From Nemertoderma westbladi (taxonomy: Eukaryota; Animalia; Xenacoelomorpha), in the NCBI GenBank assembly GCA_032718475.1, contig JAUCBJ010001737.1, positions 1 through 39,630 of the forward strand: a DNA stretch of 39,630 nucleotides, in the 5' to 3' direction. Positions 34,194 through 39,630 of the stretch are shown in pieces. The translations under genes and the position numbers were made by a program. The notes under the pieces were generated by a model. The model was not told the origin of the DNA, ran no database searches, and was given only the letters and a program-made list of their open reading frames with translations. The stretch's first letter is position 1. Every line of letters starts with the position of its first letter.

Positions 34194-35831
34194 ATGTATA
34201 AAATACCAACGATTATACTAAATCATAATTGCCGATTATTAACATTAAGAGAAATAGGTATTGTGAATGTAACTCGGGCTTTGGCAACAGGAATAGTGAA
34301 TGCAGAATGTCGGAGATGGAAACTGCAGGCAGTTCGAAATGATAATCAATGCAATGTCCTCTGTAAGTGGCTGAAAGAACTACCAAATGTCCTTCGCATT
34401 GATCTACGGAAGTTCATTCTACATGCTTATATTATGGCATTTAAACAGTTGAGGAAGAAGTTCAATAAATTATATCCGCCATATAATGCTAATAATGATA
34501 TACATTTCAGGAGAATAGGGAGATGGCTTCAGAGACATGTATTGCGAAAGAAACCAACTTTGGACGGCATTATGGAAACCTACAGAAATCTTTACCTCAA
34601 TCAATGTTTTTGTACAATTGTCCCGTCAATTGATATCATTGTCAATGAAGAGTTTGCCGGAGAATTTCAATACATGGCAATTGTTGTCCGTCTACTAAGT
34701 TGGCTGCCAAAAATGGCAGATGCACTGACGTCAATAGATGTGCTATTTTTGTCACGAGACCAGTGGTCCCGCACACTGAATACTGTTTTTACAGGCAGAT
34801 TTATATTTCCTTTGCTCGTATCTATAAAAATTCCACACATAACTGAAGACTTTCTCAAAGGTATCATATGTAGCTGCCCCAATCTCAGAGTTCTACATAT
34901 TCCTTGTTCCGATGTCACCATCGACACCTCTACACTACAGAGTCTAGCACAACTGGAATGTTTGCAGGTGTTAAATATTCAGATGTGTGCTGAGATATCA
35001 ATTGATAAAATAATTGAAATGCAAAAAATGCTGCCAAAGATCGACATTATTACATATAAATCAAGGGAGATACTTGAGAGAAACATAAGTAACTTTCGTT
35101 TCCGCTATTTCAGTGTTTTTAACAGTAATGATACTGATCAATCTGTCACTGACTACCTCAAGGAAACTGTAATTCCTCATTGCCGAGATGATATCGAAGA
35201 GCTTGTGTTTAAAGTTTACTTATATCAGGATCTGTATTTATTAGACCAACTTAAAGCATTTCCCAACTTGTCTAAGTTGTTTTTCAATGTGAACGGTGAA
35301 ATGTTTCCAGAAATTATAATGGAAACAGCTCATAGAGGTATTACTCTCCCTAATATTACAGAATTGTTTTTAATGTTTTTAAGTGTGTTCTTGTCTGATC
35401 CAGTCATTTTGGCTGATTTGGGCTACATATTTCCAAATGTAAAGAAATTGAAATTACACAGGATTCGATTTCTTGAAAACCCCGCTAACAATATTATAAT
35501 GAGATTTCTTCGAATGATCGATATACAAATATATAACTACCAAAGTCTAATAATGTTACTAAGAGCTTTGCATCCATCATTAACTAAAATATCCATTAGC
35601 TTTGATCGTAGCTATTCCCACTTTGGTGTGCCACAACCTAACCAATCAGAAGTAAAGGAAGATATCAAGGCAATCATAGATTCTGGGACTTTTGATAATT
35701 TAGAGTCTTTCAGCTTGATTAACAGCAGCATAATATATTTTAATGATTTATCAGCTAAGGAATTTGGGGAATTATTAGCTGATTCAGTATGGAAACGATG
35801 TAAGAAGTTGCACCATTTAATAATCATTTAA
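34194..35831 (+). CDS. Intronless 545-aa leucine-rich-repeat protein, possible cullin-RING ligase substrate receptor
   Basis: LRR-like units CPNLRVLHIP, CLQVLNIQMC, FPNLSKLFF, LPNITELFL, FPNVKKLKL, PSLTKISIS and DNLESFSL. N-terminal TLREIGIVNV and LKELPNVLRIDL segments. Confidence 0.75.
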   Translation: MYKIPTIILNHNCRLLTLREIGIVNVTRALATGIVNAECRRWKLQAVRNDNQCNVLCKWLKELPNVLRIDLRKFILHAYIMAFKQLRKKFNKLYPPYNANNDIHFRRIGRWLQRHVLRKKPTLDGIMETYRNLYLNQCFCTIVPSIDIIVNEEFAGEFQYMAIVVRLLSWLPKMADALTSIDVLFLSRDQWSRTLNTVFTGRFIFPLLVSIKIPHITEDFLKGIICSCPNLRVLHIPCSDVTIDTSTLQSLAQLECLQVLNIQMCAEISIDKIIEMQKMLPKIDIITYKSREILERNISNFRFRYFSVFNSNDTDQSVTDYLKETVIPHCRDDIEELVFKVYLYQDLYLLDQLKAFPNLSKLFFNVNGEMFPEIIMETAHRGITLPNITELFLMFLSVFLSDPVILADLGYIFPNVKKLKLHRIRFLENPANNIIMRFLRMIDIQIYNYQSLIMLLRALHPSLTKISISFDRSYSHFGVPQPNQSEVKEDIKAIIDSGTFDNLESFSLINSSIIYFNDLSAKEFGELLADSVWKRCKKLHHLIII

Positions 35832-37407
35832 TAGTCTACAGGTGGTGATAAACAACCGCGACCTCTATACTAACAGCAGAACTGTTGAACAGACCAATAC
35901 CCGTTAATATCCTTCTGCCAACCTAATAAGTTCTCGTCTAACCAATAAGACACAAAGACTGCTCTACTGTTAAGTAAAGGGGATCAGGAGCGTGCTATTA
36001 CTAAATTGTAAGGGTTGCTAAATACAAAACCGCTACTTACCGTTAGATGGCGCTAATCTGCCGTCCACTAATATATTTTACTAATTTTACACTACTCCTG
36101 CAAAATCGCTTGTTCCTTTCTCTACCGATCGCTCGATAGAGAGCTAACTGTTCGAATCTATGAGCCACGCGGGAATAACCAAAACAATAAACCCGAGTCG
36201 GCTCCCTAAGCTTACTTAAGACGAGTGCGAGAGGCCTTGCACTCAGAGTATTCTTACGCCTAATTTTATCACTATTAAAGCACGCTATTACCTACGTCTT
36301 TCTAATCGCGAATACTGGAGGTTCCCTAACGTAATGTGTGAATGCGAGAATATTTAAAATATCAAAATGGTACAGTATCTGTTTCTACGTGGATAATACC
36401 ACTCCGGGTCTAAAACTGCCCGCGACTGGCTTTAGGCCAGCAAAATTACTAGCGTATCGTGCGTACCGAATAGTGCGTTCTAGCTGATTGTCCGCTAATG
36501 CAAATAACCGCTCAGCGTGAATAGTTTACAGTACACTAATTATTACCTTAGCTACTCTCCGCTATGCTGCGTACTAATTCTTAATTTTTTACTAATTAAT
36601 TACAGTCACAAATATTTAACAGCGTACTAATTACTAAGAGTTCCAGAATACGTAATTCTAATTTATCACGCAACAGGTTTCGCTAGTAATAGCCTAATTT
36701 GCCGTATTACTTTGACCTAATCAATAACTAATTATTGTAACTAAGAAATAGAAATCAATCAAAGGAAAAGAGCGCCTATCTAAGCATTCGTAATCTTAGG
36801 CACACTTCAATAACACACCAATCAGCGTTAGAAATCACAGTTTACAATTGTGCAATTCACTACTCGTACTCCACACTCAACGTTGTAATACGCGCAGGCC
36901 TCTCCCGGGTACATCTAGGATTCCTAACTAACCCAATTCCTGCCCCCTAATACTAAATAGAGACAAAACCTGGATCATCAGCCCCCTAATTTGCTGTACC
37001 GGCGATCGGTCTGCGTGCCGCAGTGCAAGTTACCCGCCCGCAACGGTGACCCTAGCCAGCGTTGCCCGCTTTGAATCCTCCGCTCTCTCCTAGTCGCCCA
37101 ACCCCCCGATGCGCCCACCGCCCACTGGCACCTTAGCCCTCCATTACGCTAATAGCTACCGTAGCGGCGCATGCAAATCACAAAGTCTGACAGTTTCAGG
37201 AATCCCTTGGGATTATTGCGCAGAAAAGAATCACATAGAACCATCAATCAAAGGTAGAAATCATAGTTCGATTGTAATTTGCAGTAATCGAAGGAATTAT
37301 TGAGAAACACAAGCAAAGTAATCGCACTAGCAAATCATTCCAAGAAATTAATCAAAATTAGCAAATTGCAGAAAAATACAAAATTAGAGACAGCTCAGCA
37401 AGTAAAT

Positions 37408-37980
37408 TGTAACAGGGGTGTATCATGTGACAGATTGATGATAGGCTCTACCGGCACACCGCCAATTTATAGGTGATCCGGATGGGATGATGCAATAGGG
37501 TGACTCAATCGCTTTCTTATTGGCTCTCCAGTCCGTGCTAGCACTAGACCAACCTGGAAGCAGCTAGTCCAATAAGGAGGCCGGATTGTAGCCCTATTTG
37601 CTCCCTTTCCTCGAATTATTACCATATATGGTAATGGTTCACGTCTCTGGCTGCTGAATGGCCAGGACGGCGTCCCTATATGCTAGCCCTACTAAAGCTA
37701 ATATCAGCAAGCACGGAATCCAGGGTCCGAATAAACTTACCCTGGAACTATCTACATATAACCTAATACAAAATTACGTAGGTAGGGCTACATACTATAC
37801 AAAATAAATGGATGTAAAATATATGGGCGTTTTAACTTCCTTACCTAAATGTCACCACACTGCGCCTTATCTAAATAATTATACTGCACAACGGACTAAT
37901 ATTACGTACAGTATAATGGACTAATACTGCACACTGCATAATGGACTAATACTGTGGATACAGCGCCATATACCGTAACA
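37408..37980 (-). mobile_element. Putative LTR of a minus-strand LTR retrotransposon (left edge uncertain, may extend further left)
   Basis: On the minus strand a short purine tract GGAGCGG precedes TGTTAC at 37980. TGTAAC at 37408 could be the other end. CCAAT- and TATAAA-like motifs lie inside. No second LTR in the window. Confidence 0.3.
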
Positions 37981-38413
37981 CCGCTCCAAGGGAAATCATA
38001 TAATGTTTCCCTCCAATTGTAGAAGAGTATAAGGTGATGTATACAAAACAAATAAATTTCTTCCAACCAATCTAAATAACATAATAATTCTACTATTTAC
38101 AAATATTGCCATAGATATTGCATAATGAATTACATACAAATTAAATTTACAAAATATTGTTTCTCGTTCATTCTTACTACATAATGATTACTACATACAA
38201 AATCAAATATAAATTTTGCTAGGGCAAGTGAAAGGAGTAAGCCAAACCCGCAGGTTTGTCTCCCCAATCACTTCCTTCGCCTCTTTCATAATATAAATTC
38301 AAATAACTCAACTAGTGTATATGAGTCTAGTCAAAGATTTTCAAATGCTACAATATACATCAGAGCGACGATGATGTATATATCTAGAGTCTGTCGCCCT
38401 GTGCCATAATGTA

Positions 38414-39004
38414 TTATCGACCTGCTCCTGGGTTCTTTGGGCTCGCTCCTCTCTTTCGCCCCCTTCCCAGATACACTAATCTACCTCTAGTTGACTCCGT
38501 TGACGGCGTCCGTGAGGCGTCACTCCCCGGAACCGACGACGACGTTCCCTGAGCCCCGACAGATTCTCGGCTCGAACTTCTCCCTCGGCCTCGTCCCAAT
38601 TGTCGCGCTCCCGTGGTCGCTTCCGCCAACTCTTCCTTATGCAGTTGCACTCGCGCTTTTTCAGACGCCCCCTGCGCCTTGCGCTGCCGCTTACGTCCTT
38701 CTGGGCTCCTCCCCGAGGCGCACCCACGAGGCGGACGCTTTTCCACCACCCCTGGGGCCAGTCCGACAGATGTTATTATCAGACCGGGCCGGGGGATGGC
38801 CCGATGCTTCCCGGGTTCAATTTTCAATTCCCCGATCACACCGGCACAGCTCGTCGAACGTGTAGCCAGATGGGCGGCTACTGTCAACTTACTGTGGCCT
38901 GACTGTACATTGAGCCAACTCAGAGAGTCAACCGGCAGGTGGACCAGTCGATAGCGATCGAGCACCAAGGTCGCCCTTGGGCCTAACCGACGGTCTTGTC
39001 CCAA
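38414..39004 (-). other. GC-rich, Arg/Gly/Ser-rich open frame, possibly a retroelement 3' accessory ORF
   Basis: Sharp rise in GC and overlapping ORFs next to the putative PPT/LTR. No recognisable domain and no ATG start. Confidence 0.25.
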
Positions 39005-39630
39005 GTGGGCTTGCGCTACCCAACATGGAATTTTGACACGTTTTCACCTGCCTCGCCGGCAGTATTGAAAAACAATACTGTCTTGCTCAAAAGCTAAGAA
39101 CAAGTAACCACTTACCAGTCACTGTACACGTGTACTCAACAGATGTTCACAATATCAAGTACACAAATTGGACACATACCATGCACACACAGTGGTCATA
39201 ATCGGTAAAGACAAAATCGGGGTCAAAATCGGGAGGGACTAGTTGTATCGACTAGAGAGAACATGAGAGTCGAGAGTACCTTATTTTGCCGTCAGGGCAA
39301 AATAACTTTGTGTGCACAAAGTATGCTGGGGCGCAGTAAAATATGGTCCTACTAATACCAGTGGCGACTGAGCCAACTGGCAAGGTTTCCCACACTCACT
39401 CGCAGTGGCCATACACACAATCACGTGTACTCACATACCCACAGCAACAGAAAACTCAAAGGCCCAAACAAATCCCAAAAACCAATCAGCTGAACATGGA
39501 GACAATAACATATAGTATCAAAAAAACGGAACAGCTGATGGCCAAAGGAACCCATCCGAGCCCCAAGCAACTGCCACTGATCGCCCACATACAAATCACA
39601 GTTCACACCACATGAACCACAAATCACGCC

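Noticed and set aside
36960-36990. Minus-strand CTGATGA as a hammerhead ribozyme core
   Set aside because: No stem II followed by GAAA.

Overview
This is eukaryotic (animal, probably invertebrate) genomic DNA, not prokaryotic. It has spliceosomal introns, six unrelated minisatellite arrays (46, 24, 33, 31, 17 and 40-41 bp units) and several transposons. I can reconstruct the 3' part of a plus-strand multi-exon gene with a Ser/Pro/Arg/Lys-rich product (phase-compatible exons at 3239-3372, possibly 12781-12813, 16523-16712 and 22140-22650). Its introns hold four of the arrays, a pogo/Tc1-type MITE, a young 5'-truncated LINE RT and an antisense HIG1-domain gene. Further right are a second LINE fragment inside the 17-bp array, a two-exon CD164/porimin-like gene (minus strand), a PIF/Harbinger element that keeps its Myb/SANT ORF but has lost the transposase core, a tRNA-derived SINE, an intronless LRR gene with a possible BC-box/Cul2-box, and possible LTR-retrotransposon sequence at the right end. 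The most striking observation is that the 46-bp array is the host exon's own 5' splice junction (CAG|GTAAGT) amplified about 70 times, and use of any downstream copy would introduce a premature stop. All family assignments come from motif recognition; no searches were run.
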